In this document: in pieces, positions 7,468 through 16,562 of the stretch
How positions within the stretch are numbered: position 1 is the stretch's first letter
Layout: each line of letters starts with the position of its first letter
Sequence record: MW971521.1
Length of the DNA stretch: 32,000 nucleotides
Strand: one strand, 5' to 3'
Made by a program: the position numbers and the translations under genes
The notes under the pieces: model-generated
Database searches by the model: none
Seen by the model: the letters and a program-made list of their open reading frames with translations, nothing else
What the model was told of the DNA's origin: nothing

Positions 7468-9477
7468 ATGTATATTCCGTTAGTTTTTTTATCATTAATT
7501 GGTTTTATTATTACTGGATTATTCGGTAGATATATAGGTCCTAAAGGTGCAGCAATTCTTACTACTAGCTGCTTGATTATTTCGTTTTTTTTATCGCTCT
7601 TTGCATTTTATGAAGTTGGTTTAATGGGTAGCCCTGTGTATATTCGCCTAGCTACTTGGGTCAGTTCTGAAGTCTTATTAATAAATTGGGGATTTTTATT
7701 TGATAGTCTAACCGTTGTAATGTGCATTGTTGTTACATTTGTATCCTCTTTGGTGCATTTGTACTCAATTGAATATATGTCTCATGATCCACATTTACCG
7801 AGATTTATGTCATATTTATCGTTGTTTACTTTTTTCATGTTGATTTTAGTAACTGCTGATAATTTTATTCAAATGTTCTTAGGTTGGGAAGGCGTTGGTT
7901 TAGCATCCTATTTATTAATTAATTTTTGGTTTACTCGAGTTCAAGCTAATAAAGCAGCTATAAAAGCTATGATAATCAATCGAATTGGCGACTTTTGTTT
8001 AATTATTGCTATATTAACTATGTTTGTTAACTTTAAGTCTGTTGATTATGCTACAGTTGCTGCACTAGCTCCATTCTTTAAGATGCAAACAGTTAATTTT
8101 TTAAATATGGATTTTAATATTTTGTCTCTTATATGTATTTTTTTATTTTTTGGTGCAGTAGGTAAATCAGCTCAATTGGGTTTACATACTTGGTTGCCAG
8201 ATGCAATGGAGGGTCCCACTCCGGTTTCGGCACTAATTCATGCTGCAACAATGGTTACAGCGGGTGTATTTCTAATTGCTAGATGTTCTTTCCTTTTTGA
8301 ATACGCTCCAAATAGCTTACAGGTAGTCGCTGTACTTGGTGCATCCACTGCTTTTTTTGCTTCTAGTGTTGGGTTATTGCAAAATGATTTAAAGCGAGTT
8401 ATCGCTTATTCTACTTGTAGTCAGTTAGGGTACATGGTTTTCTCATGTGGACTTTCTGATTATGCTGTGGGTGTGTTTCATTTAGCAAACCATGCTTTTT
8501 TTAAAGCTCTTCTTTTTTTAGGTGCAGGAGCTATAATCCACGCAGTGAATGATGAGCAAGATATGCGAAAAATGGGTGGACTAAAAAATTTAGTACCGTT
8601 TACATATTCAGTAATGACTATAGGTTCTTTAGCTTTAATAGGTTTTCCGTTTTTGGCTGGTTTTTACTCAAAAGATCTGATTTTAGAATTAGCTTATGGA
8701 CGGTTTTCATCATTTGGTCATTTTAGTTACTATTTAGGAACATTTGGTGCATTCTTAACTGCCTTTTATTCAACAAGACTTGTATGTTTAACTTTTTTAG
8801 TTAAACCAAATGGTTATAAGTCAGTAATTGGTTTTGCACATGAAACATTTAGTTATATTTTTATCGCTTTATGTTTGCTGGCCATCCCAAGTATTTTCGT
8901 GGGATTTTATACAAAAGATATGATTGTAGGTGTTGGTAGTGACTTTTTTGGTTCAGCTATTTATAATAATCCTAAGACACTTCACGTTTTTGATGCGGAG
9001 TTTGTCGAATTTTTGTTTAAAATCTTGCCGGTTACACTAAGTTTGTGTGGAGCAGGATTATCATTTTTTTTGTATAACTTTCAAAGTTCAATTTTATTTT
9101 ATTTTAAAACTTCTTTTATAGGTCGAAAAATTTACAGTTTTTTAAATAAAAAATGGTTTTTTGATAAAATTTACAACGAGTTGTTTGGTCAATTTTTTTT
9201 CAAATTTGGGTACACAATGAGTTACAAAGCGATTGATAGAGGTACTTTTGAAATAATAGGTCCTACTGGCCTATCTTCTGTAGCATTAAATGTTGCGCAC
9301 AAACTTCATAAGGTTCAAACAGGTTCACTTTATCATTATACACTTACGATATTAACAACAGTTGCTATCATTTTATCATTACGACAATGCTGGTTGATTT
9401 TTGAATATAATGTAGACTATCGAGGGTTAATATTAATTTTTATTTCATTTTTTTTTATTTTAAATTCTAAAAACTAA
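7468..9477 (+). CDS. nad5: NADH dehydrogenase subunit 5
   Basis: Carries GWEGVGLASYLLINFW, GKSAQLGLHTWLPDAMEGPTPVSALIHAATMV and AYSTCSQLGYM. The 669-aa length is normal for Nad5. Confidence 0.95.
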   Translation: MYIPLVFLSLIGFIITGLFGRYIGPKGAAILTTSCLIISFFLSLFAFYEVGLMGSPVYIRLATWVSSEVLLINWGFLFDSLTVVMCIVVTFVSSLVHLYSIEYMSHDPHLPRFMSYLSLFTFFMLILVTADNFIQMFLGWEGVGLASYLLINFWFTRVQANKAAIKAMIINRIGDFCLIIAILTMFVNFKSVDYATVAALAPFFKMQTVNFLNMDFNILSLICIFLFFGAVGKSAQLGLHTWLPDAMEGPTPVSALIHAATMVTAGVFLIARCSFLFEYAPNSLQVVAVLGASTAFFASSVGLLQNDLKRVIAYSTCSQLGYMVFSCGLSDYAVGVFHLANHAFFKALLFLGAGAIIHAVNDEQDMRKMGGLKNLVPFTYSVMTIGSLALIGFPFLAGFYSKDLILELAYGRFSSFGHFSYYLGTFGAFLTAFYSTRLVCLTFLVKPNGYKSVIGFAHETFSYIFIALCLLAIPSIFVGFYTKDMIVGVGSDFFGSAIYNNPKTLHVFDAEFVEFLFKILPVTLSLCGAGLSFFLYNFQSSILFYFKTSFIGRKIYSFLNKKWFFDKIYNELFGQFFFKFGYTMSYKAIDRGTFEIIGPTGLSSVALNVAHKLHKVQTGSLYHYTLTILTTVAIILSLRQCWLIFEYNVDYRGLILIFISFFFILNSKN

Positions 9478-9498
9478 TTTGATTAAATTTTATTATAA

Positions 9499-10275
9499 AT
9501 GAGAATAGAAAAAATCTTCTTCCTTTGCGATGCTCCTGAATTCGCTCAATTAAGACTACAAGATCCATCTACAACTACTATGGAAGGATTAATAGCATTT
9601 AACAAGCATTTATTATTTGTTATGACTATTATTGTGGTGTTAGTAGGTTGGTTGTTATTTGCAACAATTTCTAATTACGATGAATTTAATACACAAAAAA
9701 GCCAAAGCTTTTTTCATTCAAACGCTTTAGAGATTGTTTGGACCTCTTTGCCTGCTTTAACATTACTAAATTTAGCTTCACCATCTTTTACGCTATTATA
9801 CTCAATGGATGAAATTTCAACACCTGAAATTTCTGTTAAGATTATAGGTCATCAATGGTACTGGAGCTATGAAATATCAGATTTTGATACGATGGCAACT
9901 TGTATGGATTCTGACAAAACTTTAAAATATACTTGTTATTTATTAACCGAAGAAAGTATTTCTCAAAAAAACTACTTAGGATTTTTCAGATTGTTAGAAA
10001 CAAACAAACGTGTACTGTTACCGTCGAATACCCATTTGCGATTATTAGTAACTTCAGTAGATGTATTACATAGTTGGGCTATTCCATCTTTTGGTGTTAA
10101 AGTCGATGCTTGTCCAGGTCGATTAAATCAAGTAAATGTTTTTTTAAAGCGAATTGGAATGTTCTTTGGTCAATGTAGTGAAATTTGTGGTGTAAATCAT
10201 GGATTTATGCCTATTGCTCTTTTAGTGGTTCCTTCAATTCAATATCATTATTTTGTTGTTTCTAAATTATTTTAA
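9499..10275 (+). CDS. cox2: cytochrome c oxidase subunit 2
   Basis: Carries the CuA motif GQCSEICGVNHGFMP, plus VDVLHSWAIPSFGVKVDACPGRLNQ and GHQWYWSYE. Confidence 0.95.
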   Translation: MRIEKIFFLCDAPEFAQLRLQDPSTTTMEGLIAFNKHLLFVMTIIVVLVGWLLFATISNYDEFNTQKSQSFFHSNALEIVWTSLPALTLLNLASPSFTLLYSMDEISTPEISVKIIGHQWYWSYEISDFDTMATCMDSDKTLKYTCYLLTEESISQKNYLGFFRLLETNKRVLLPSNTHLRLLVTSVDVLHSWAIPSFGVKVDACPGRLNQVNVFLKRIGMFFGQCSEICGVNHGFMPIALLVVPSIQYHYFVVSKLF

Positions 10276-10287
10276 TTTATAAATAAA

Positions 10288-10361
10288 AAGCCTATAACTC
10301 AGTTGGTTAGAGTGTACGCCTGATAAGCGTAAAGTCAGTAGTTCAAATCTACTTAGGCTTA
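10288..10361 (+). tRNA. trnI(gau): tRNA-Ile (GAU)
   Basis: Acceptor aagccta/taggctt, anticodon stem tacgc/gcgta with loop ctGATaa, T arm agtag-ttcaaat-ctact. Confidence 0.9.
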
Positions 10362-10375
10362 TAAATATATTTGTT

Positions 10376-11569
10376 ATGGCTTTAAAAAAAAAACTAGTAA
10401 AAGAAATCAAAAACTTTACTGTAAATTTCGGACCTCAGCATCCAGCAGCACATGGTGTGCTACGACTTGTATTAGAGTTGACCGGAGAAGTAGTAGAACG
10501 AGCAGAACCACATATTGGCCTTCTTCATCGAGGTACTGAAAAACTAATTGAATATAAAAATTATTTACAAGCCCTACCTTATTTCGATCGATTAGATTAT
10601 GTATCAATGTTATGTCAAGAGCATACTTATTGTTTAGCAATTGAAAAACTAGTGCATTGTAAGGTACCGAAACGGGCTCAATATATAAGAGTTTTATTTG
10701 CAGAAATTACACGTATTTTAAACCATCTTTTAGCAGTAGGTTGTCATGCTATGGATGTAGGTGCTATGACTCCTATGTTATGGGGGTTTGAAGAAAGGGA
10801 AAAGTTGATGGAGTTTTATGAAAGAGTCTCAGGAGCTCGAATGCATGCTGCATATTATAGACCAGGGGGAGTTCATACTGATTTGCCCAAAGGTTTGTTA
10901 ACTGATATTTTTATTTTTAAGGAACAATTCAAGCTTCGATTGCTTGAAATAGAAGAAATGTTAACTGAAAACAGAATTTGGAAGCAGCGCTTAGTCGATA
11001 TTGGAGTTGTTTCATTAGAACAAGCTCAGGATTGGGGGTTTAGCGGTGTAATGTTACGGGGATCTGGTTTGGAATGGGATTTAAGAAAAAGTCAACCTTA
11101 TGAAGTTTACGCTGAATTAGATTTTGATATTTTGGCAGGCACTAATGGTGATTGTTATGATAGATATCTTATTCGTATTTTTGAAATGAAACAATCTATT
11201 CGAATTATTGAACAGTGTTTGGATAATATTCCATTTGGACCAATTAAAACGTCAGATAATAAAATGACTCCCCCATCAAGATTTGATATTAAACAATCGA
11301 TGGAAGCTTTAATTCATCACTTTAAGTTTTATACTAGTGGTATTACAATTCCAGCAAATGAAACATACACCGGGACAGAGGCTCCTAAGGGTGAATTTGG
11401 AGTTTATTTAATTTCTAATGACTCCAATAAACCTTACAGATGTAAAATTAAAGCACCAGGATTTGCACATTTACAAGGTTTAGATATGATGTCTAAGGGT
11501 CATATGATTGCTGATGTTGTGACTATTATTGGAACTCAAGATATTGTATTTGGTGAGGTTGATCGATAA
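10376..11569 (+). CDS. nad7: NADH dehydrogenase subunit 7 (49-kDa)
   Basis: Carries [36 protein letters not shown] and [13 protein letters not shown]. Confidence 0.95.
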   Translation: MALKKKLVKEIKNFTVNFGPQHPAAHGVLRLVLELTGEVVERAEPHIGLLHRGTEKLIEYKNYLQALPYFDRLDYVSMLCQEHTYCLAIEKLVHCKVPKRAQYIRVLFAEITRILNHLLAVGCHAMDVGAMTPMLWGFEEREKLMEFYERVSGARMHAAYYRPGGVHTDLPKGLLTDIFIFKEQFKLRLLEIEEMLTENRIWKQRLVDIGVVSLEQAQDWGFSGVMLRGSGLEWDLRKSQPYEVYAELDFDILAGTNGDCYDRYLIRIFEMKQSIRIIEQCLDNIPFGPIKTSDNKMTPPSRFDIKQSMEALIHHFKFYTSGITIPANETYTGTEAPKGEFGVYLISNDSNKPYRCKIKAPGFAHLQGLDMMSKGHMIADVVTIIGTQDIVFGEVDR

Positions 11570-11580
11570 AAATTAAAAAA

Positions 11581-11778
11581 ATGAAAATTTTTAAAATTAT
11601 TACAGTTTCTTCTGATGGAAGTGCTTTTTTTTCTTGGACAGGAGAAACTTCGTTAACAAATAAATTAGTCATTTTTCAAAAACAAGATAATAGAAATTGT
11701 AATTTTAATCAGAAAAAAGGTCAAGTTCTAATCGATTCGAAACAATCAGTTCATTATAAAAAAAAATATTTAAAGTAA
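11581..11778 (+). CDS. 65-aa ORF, possibly a diverged ribosomal protein L31
   Basis: ATG start in a compact slot between nad7 and trnQ. The length fits L31. The N-terminal FKIITVSSDGS and C-terminal NFNQKKGQVLIDSKQSVHYKKKY loosely parallel bacterial L31 (FKKATVxCxCG ... [23 protein letters not shown]). The Cys/His zinc ligands are missing. Confidence 0.35.
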   Translation: MKIFKIITVSSDGSAFFSWTGETSLTNKLVIFQKQDNRNCNFNQKKGQVLIDSKQSVHYKKKYLK

Positions 11779-11788
11779 AAAGTTTTAT

Positions 11789-11860
11789 TGGAGTATAGCC
11801 AAGTGGCAAGGCGATCGTTTTTGGTACGAGCATTCAAAGGTTCGAATCCTTTTATTCCAA
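11789..11860 (+). tRNA. trnQ(uug): tRNA-Gln (UUG)
   Basis: Acceptor tggagta/tattcca, D arm gcc-aagtggcaa-ggc, anticodon loop ttTTGgt, T arm aaagg-ttcgaat-ccttt. Confidence 0.85.
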
Positions 11861-11975
11861 TTTAGGATAAAAATATTGCTTATTTTTAAATTTGGTTTAT
11901 TTCATAGCTAAAAATAACATAATATTGTTAACTTTCTAAATTTTATTTGTAGAGTTCAAATCCTTTATAAAACAT

Positions 11976-13463
11976 ATGAATTTAACTTCTTTATTTTATT
12001 TTCAAGACATTTTATTTTATACATCTTTTATTCCGTTAATAGGAATTTTATTATTAGTTTATGTTAACCCTGAACAGCAAAAGCTTCTAAAAGTAATTGC
12101 GTTAAATTTTTCAGCTTTTCCGTTTTTTATTTTTTTATTGATTTGGGGAGGATTTAAAAAATCAGTGGGAACTTTTCAATTTGTTACTAAAATTTTATGG
12201 ATTCCAGTTATTAACTTGAATGTAACTTTAGGTATAGATGGAATTTCACTTTTTTTTATTTTATTAACTACTTTATTAATTCCATTATGTATTTTAATTA
12301 GTTGGAATAGTATTTATTCAAATTTAAAAGGTTATTTAATCGCTTTTTTAATTATAGAATTTTTTTTAATTGGTGTGTTTTGTGTTTTGGATGTTTTAAT
12401 GTTTTACATTTTTTTTGAGAGCATTTTAATCCCAATGTTTTTAGTAATTGGGATTTGGGGATCCAGAGAACGAAAAATTTTGGCATCTTATTACTTTTTT
12501 TTATATACTTTACTAGGTTCTGTGGTAATGTTACTCTCTATTTTATATATTTATAACCAAGTTGGAACTACTGATTATGAAGTTTTACTTACCTTTGTAT
12601 TTTCAGATCTGGAACAAAAGCTTTTATGGTTCACTTTTTTTTTAGCTTTTGCTGCTAAAGTTCCAATGGTTCCAGTGCATTTATGGCTTCCAGAAGCTCA
12701 CGTAGAAGCACCTACTGCGGGTTCTGTAATTCTTGCTGGTGTGCTTTTAAAGCTAGGAACTTATGGCTTTATTCGATTTTCTTTACCATTATTTCCACAA
12801 GCATCTTTTTATTTTGCACCCTTTGTTTATACTATTTCGCTAATGGGTATTGTTTACACGTCTCTGACAGCAATTAGGCAAACAGATTTCAAGCGAATCA
12901 TTGCTTACACATCAGTTGCTCATATGAATGTTGTTATGTTAGGAATTTTCAGTTTTAATAACGTTGGTATTGAAGGTGCATTGTTGCAAAGTTTAAGTCA
13001 TGGTTTCGTTGCCAGCGCTTTGTTTGTAATTATTGGAGTTGTATATGAACGCTATAAAACTAGACTTGTAAAATATTATGGAGGTCTTGTGCACACAATG
13101 CCATTGTATATTTCAATATTTTTGTTTTTTACTATGGCTAATATTGGTTTCCCTGGAACAAGTGGTTTTATTGGTGAATTTCTCATTTTTGCAGGTTCAT
13201 TTAAAGTTAATTCCAGTATAACTTTTTTTGGCGCTACTGGAATGATTTTAGGTGGCTGCTATGCATTATGGTTGTTTAATAGAATTGCTTATGGTAATTT
13301 AAAAAGCCAGTATATCAAGCAAGCATTAGACATCAATAAACGTGAGCTTTTTATTTTTCTTCCTTTAATTTGTTATACATTAATTTTTGGTTTAATTCCT
13401 GATGCTTATTTAAGTTCAATTCATATGAGCGTAAATAATCTTATCGAAAATATGTATTTTTAA
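11976..13463 (+). CDS. nad4: NADH dehydrogenase subunit 4
   Basis: Carries AAKVPMVPVHLWLPEAHVEAPTAGSVILAGVLLKLGTYG, AYTSVAHMN and SHGFVASALF. Confidence 0.95.
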   Translation: MNLTSLFYFQDILFYTSFIPLIGILLLVYVNPEQQKLLKVIALNFSAFPFFIFLLIWGGFKKSVGTFQFVTKILWIPVINLNVTLGIDGISLFFILLTTLLIPLCILISWNSIYSNLKGYLIAFLIIEFFLIGVFCVLDVLMFYIFFESILIPMFLVIGIWGSRERKILASYYFFLYTLLGSVVMLLSILYIYNQVGTTDYEVLLTFVFSDLEQKLLWFTFFLAFAAKVPMVPVHLWLPEAHVEAPTAGSVILAGVLLKLGTYGFIRFSLPLFPQASFYFAPFVYTISLMGIVYTSLTAIRQTDFKRIIAYTSVAHMNVVMLGIFSFNNVGIEGALLQSLSHGFVASALFVIIGVVYERYKTRLVKYYGGLVHTMPLYISIFLFFTMANIGFPGTSGFIGEFLIFAGSFKVNSSITFFGATGMILGGCYALWLFNRIAYGNLKSQYIKQALDINKRELFIFLPLICYTLIFGLIPDAYLSSIHMSVNNLIENMYF

Positions 13464-13469
13464 TAATAA

Positions 13470-13823
13470 ATGCTTTATTTCTTAGAAACAAAATTATCTG
13501 ATCACAAATCTGTGTGTTTTGCTTTGGCTAATATTTACGGTATTGGTAACAGCACGGCTTTTCTTATATGTAAAAAATTAGGCTTTTCTATAAATTTAAA
13601 AGTAAAAGATTTAACCCAAGAACAAGTTACTGAAATGATTCAACTTATTGAGTCATTAAATATAAACTTAAATAATGAATTGAAGAAGTTACAATCGTTA
13701 ACTTTAAAAAATCTGGTGTCTATCAAGTCTTACAAAAGTTTACGACGAGTATTAGGATTACCTGTTAGGGGTCAACGTACTCATACAAATGCAAAATCTG
13801 CAAGAAAACATAAACGTTTTTAA
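13470..13823 (+). CDS. rps13: ribosomal protein S13
   Basis: Carries ALANIYGIG and the C-terminal GLPVRGQRTHTNAKSARK, which is typical of S13. Confidence 0.88.
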   Translation: MLYFLETKLSDHKSVCFALANIYGIGNSTAFLICKKLGFSINLKVKDLTQEQVTEMIQLIESLNINLNNELKKLQSLTLKNLVSIKSYKSLRRVLGLPVRGQRTHTNAKSARKHKRF

Positions 13824-13831
13824 AAATTTAT

Positions 13832-14404
13832 ATGAATAATTTATTTATTGCTGAAAATCTTAAGATTATAACTAAAATTTTACCTATCTTAAAAATTCAA
13901 ATACATCAAAATGAGATTAGTTTTATTATAAAAAGAAATCATTTAATACCAGTGTTACTTTTTTTTAAAAATCATATAAAATATCAATTTAAAATTTTGA
14001 CGTGCATTTCTGGTGTTGATTACCCATCTCATAAATATCGTTTTAAAATTGTGTATGAATTATTAAGTGCCAGATTCAATATCAGAATACGAGTAAAAGT
14101 GATGACAAACGAATTGATACCGATTGAATCTTGTTGTAATATTTTCCCTGCAGCTGGGTGGTATGAGTCTGAAACTTGGGATATGTACGGAATTTTTTTC
14201 ACAAATCATGTAAATTTAACTCGGTTACTTACGGATTATGGATTTGAGGGTTATCCTTTAAGAAAAGACTTCCCACTAAGTGGGTTTGTGGAATCTAGTT
14301 ACGACTACACTAGAAAAAGAGTGGCTAATGAACGAGTGGAACTAAGTCAAGAATATCGTGCGTTTAAATTTACATCTCCTTGGGAGACTTTAGAACTAAA
14401 TTAA
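13832..14404 (+). CDS. nad9: NADH dehydrogenase subunit 9 (30-kDa)
   Basis: Carries GWYESETWDMYGIFF and LLTDYGFEGYPLRKDFPLSGF. Confidence 0.93.
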   Translation: MNNLFIAENLKIITKILPILKIQIHQNEISFIIKRNHLIPVLLFFKNHIKYQFKILTCISGVDYPSHKYRFKIVYELLSARFNIRIRVKVMTNELIPIESCCNIFPAAGWYESETWDMYGIFFTNHVNLTRLLTDYGFEGYPLRKDFPLSGFVESSYDYTRKRVANERVELSQEYRAFKFTSPWETLELN

Positions 14405-14409
14405 AAATT

Positions 14410-14709
14410 ATGAAAAAGTTATTTGCAAAAGATCGCGAAAATCGTAAAACTTTAAAACAGTTAGAATTAGAACGTTTTATATTAAAGCAAATTTCAACAA
14501 ATTCTAATTTTTTAAAAACTATTAGATGGAATGCTTTACACAAGCTTTCTCATATATCAAAAAAAAGTTCGAAAACACTACTTTCGAATAGATGTGTTCA
14601 AACTATAAATAAAAAAACATTTAATAAATTTACCAATTTTTCCAGAACAGTTTTTTTAAAACTTGCTAAATCTGGGTATATTAGTGGTATGCGAAAATCT
14701 AGTTGGTAA
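14410..14709 (+). CDS. rps14: ribosomal protein S14
   Basis: The C-terminus KLAKSGYISGMRKSSW matches the S14 end. The ATG at 14410 gives 99 aa. The upstream non-ATG start at 14380 would overlap nad9. Confidence 0.85.
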   Translation: MKKLFAKDRENRKTLKQLELERFILKQISTNSNFLKTIRWNALHKLSHISKKSSKTLLSNRCVQTINKKTFNKFTNFSRTVFLKLAKSGYISGMRKSSW

Positions 14710-14714
14710 TATCA

Positions 14715-14747
14715 GGTACCCGAACGACTAGTCGGAATTCGTTTAAA
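14715..14747. repeat. GC-rich run of short palindromes forming an imperfect hairpin at a convergent gene junction
   Basis: The stretch reads GGTACC-cgaacg-ACTAGT-cg-GAATTC-g-TTTAAA. The segment cgaa-cgactagtcg-gaa-ttcg (14721-14741) can fold as 4 bp plus 3-4 bp around a bulge. It lies between the rps14 stop (14709) and the orf111 stop (14755). Confidence 0.55.
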
Positions 14748-14754
14748 TATCGCT

Positions 14755-15090
14755 TTATTTTTCACACGCGTGATTTCCTTTTTGCTTACAGATAATAAAA
14801 ACTAAAACATATAAAAAAATGATCAATAAACTGATCCATTTTTCATATTTTATAGGCGTTAAGGATAAAAAATCATTGTAAACAAAAATGATATAACAAA
14901 AAATAGCACTTGGAAAAGCAAAGATGCAGAAAACGACTTTTGGTTGAATTTTTATGAAATAAATACAATTATAGAAACAAGTAAAAAACAACAGGCAACT
15001 GCCGTAGATAAAATACTGAATTTGGGTCATTTCTGGGTACGTACTTGCAAATAAAATAAAACTAAACCAACTTAATATTAAAGTTGTCAT
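14755..15090 (-). CDS. hypothetical Cys-rich hydrophobic protein (orf111)
   Basis: ATG start 2 nt downstream of the nad11 Fe-S half stop. 111 codons stay open in sequence where AT-rich stop codons are frequent. The product shows about 3-4 hydrophobic segments and many Cys, Phe and Ile residues. I recognise no family motif. Confidence 0.4.
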   Translation of the reverse strand: MTTLILSWFSFILFASTYPEMTQIQYFIYGSCLLFFTCFYNCIYFIKIQPKVVFCIFAFPSAIFCYIIFVYNDFLSLTPIKYEKWISLLIIFLYVLVFIICKQKGNHACEK

Positions 15091-15092
15091 TA

Positions 15093-15725
15093 TTAACTTA
15101 GTTTTAAATTACGGTATGATTTAACTGTAAAACTTCCCACAGGGCATAAGTCAATTACATTGCCAGACAACTCTGAAAGCAGAACTTTATTCACATAAGT
15201 ACCGATTTCACTTGCATTTCCACGGCCAAAAACTCCAAGCTCTTCAACACCAGCAATTTCAGTACTAAACCTAACACACCGTGTACAATGAATACATCTC
15301 GTCATGACTGTTCGAACTATGGGTCCTAGATTTTTATCGGACACAATTCTTTTAAACTTGTAAAATCGTCTTTTTGTAAAGCCAAAAAATAAAGATTGGT
15401 CTTGAAGATCACACTCTCCACCTTGGTCACAAATAGGACAGTCTAAAGGATGATTTAAAAGTAAAAATTCCATTACATTTTCTCTAGCTTTTTTTACTAA
15501 GCCACTATTATGATAAATTTCGTGATTAAATAAGCTTGTTCCTGCGCTAACTGCACATGCAACAATAGGCTTATTCATTTTCCCCATTTCTACTATACAC
15601 ATTCTGCAGTTTCCTGCTATTGATAAGTTATTATGGTAACAGTAATGAGGAACAGAAATACCTAAGTTTATTAAATAAGCAAGTAACGATACTTTGTTTA
15701 ATGTTGTTAAATTTGGGTTTGACAT
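15093..15725 (-). CDS. nad11: N-terminal Fe-S domain of NADH dehydrogenase 75-kDa subunit
   Basis: Carries the cluster motifs [33 protein letters not shown] and [11 protein letters not shown]...CPVG. The ORF ends 13 aa after CPVG, at 210 aa. Confidence 0.92.
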   Translation of the reverse strand: MSNPNLTTLNKVSLLAYLINLGISVPHYCYHNNLSIAGNCRMCIVEMGKMNKPIVACAVSAGTSLFNHEIYHNSGLVKKARENVMEFLLLNHPLDCPICDQGGECDLQDQSLFFGFTKRRFYKFKRIVSDKNLGPIVRTVMTRCIHCTRCVRFSTEIAGVEELGVFGRGNASEIGTYVNKVLLSELSGNVIDLCPVGSFTVKSYRNLKLS

Positions 15726-15745
15726 TTTTATATTATGAATATCTA

Positions 15746-15819
15746 GGAAATGTAGCTTAACTGGTTAAAGCGCCGACCTGTCACGTCGGAGACTGTGGGT
15801 TCAAGTCCCATCTTTTTCG
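15746..15819 (+). tRNA. trnD(guc): tRNA-Asp (GUC)
   Basis: Acceptor ggaaatg/ctttttc with one U-U mismatch, D arm gctt-aactggtta-aagc, anticodon stem ccgac/gtcgg with loop ctGTCac, T arm gtggg-ttcaagt-cccat. Confidence 0.85.
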
Positions 15820-15822
15820 ATT

Positions 15823-16149
15823 TTAAGTTTTTAAATTTTGATTTTGTATTTTAATCGGATCTAACGCAATATCGTCTCTATGCTCATAAAAAACAGATAA
15901 AATTGCCAAACCCACTGAAGACTCGGTTGCAGAAAGAACTAAGATAAAAAATACAAAAATATACCCAACCACATCATCTAAGTACAAAGAAAACGTTATA
16001 AAACTTAGATTAACAGATAACAATAAAATTTCAAGAGACATAATAGTTTTTAAAATGTTTCCGCGATTCAATATCAAACCAAGCATTCCGATGTGAAAAA
16101 GTACTATCGCGGCACTTAATAAATAAAAATTTAATTCTGTTCCAACCAT
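15823..16149 (-). CDS. nad4L: NADH dehydrogenase subunit 4L
   Basis: 108-aa protein with three hydrophobic segments. It carries ESSVGLAILS-type and LSLEILLLSVNL-type Nad4L motifs. Confidence 0.88.
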   Translation of the reverse strand: MVGTELNFYLLSAAIVLFHIGMLGLILNRGNILKTIMSLEILLLSVNLSFITFSLYLDDVVGYIFVFFILVLSATESSVGLAILSVFYEHRDDIALDPIKIQNQNLKT

Positions 16150-16153
16150 GTTT

Positions 16154-16226
16154 TGAGTACACTGGGGTTTGAACCCAGGACCTGTGGATTAAAAGTCCAA
16201 TGCTCTACCAACTGAGCTATATACTC
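16154..16226 (-). tRNA. trnK(uuu): tRNA-Lys (UUU)
   Basis: Read on the minus strand: acceptor gagtata/tgtactc, D arm gctc-agttggta-gagc, anticodon loop ctTTTaa, T arm ctggg-ttcaaac-cccag. Confidence 0.9.
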
Positions 16227-16243
16227 AAATGATTGTTTTACTT

Positions 16244-16474
<231 letters not shown>

Positions 16475-16562
16475 TCATTAAAAGGTAACTTATGTTATAT
16501 CGAAAGTTCAAAGCAGCTTAGTTTTTTTAAGAACTTCATCTACAATTTTTATTTTTATAGTT

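Noticed and set aside
14715-14747. Possible engineered polylinker (KpnI-SpeI-EcoRI-DraI sites within 33 nt)
   Set aside because: There is no vector-like sequence, selectable marker or other foreign gene nearby. The flanking genes are native and intact, and short GC-rich palindromic clusters occur naturally in mitochondrial spacers. I kept it as a finding about a natural palindrome cluster only.
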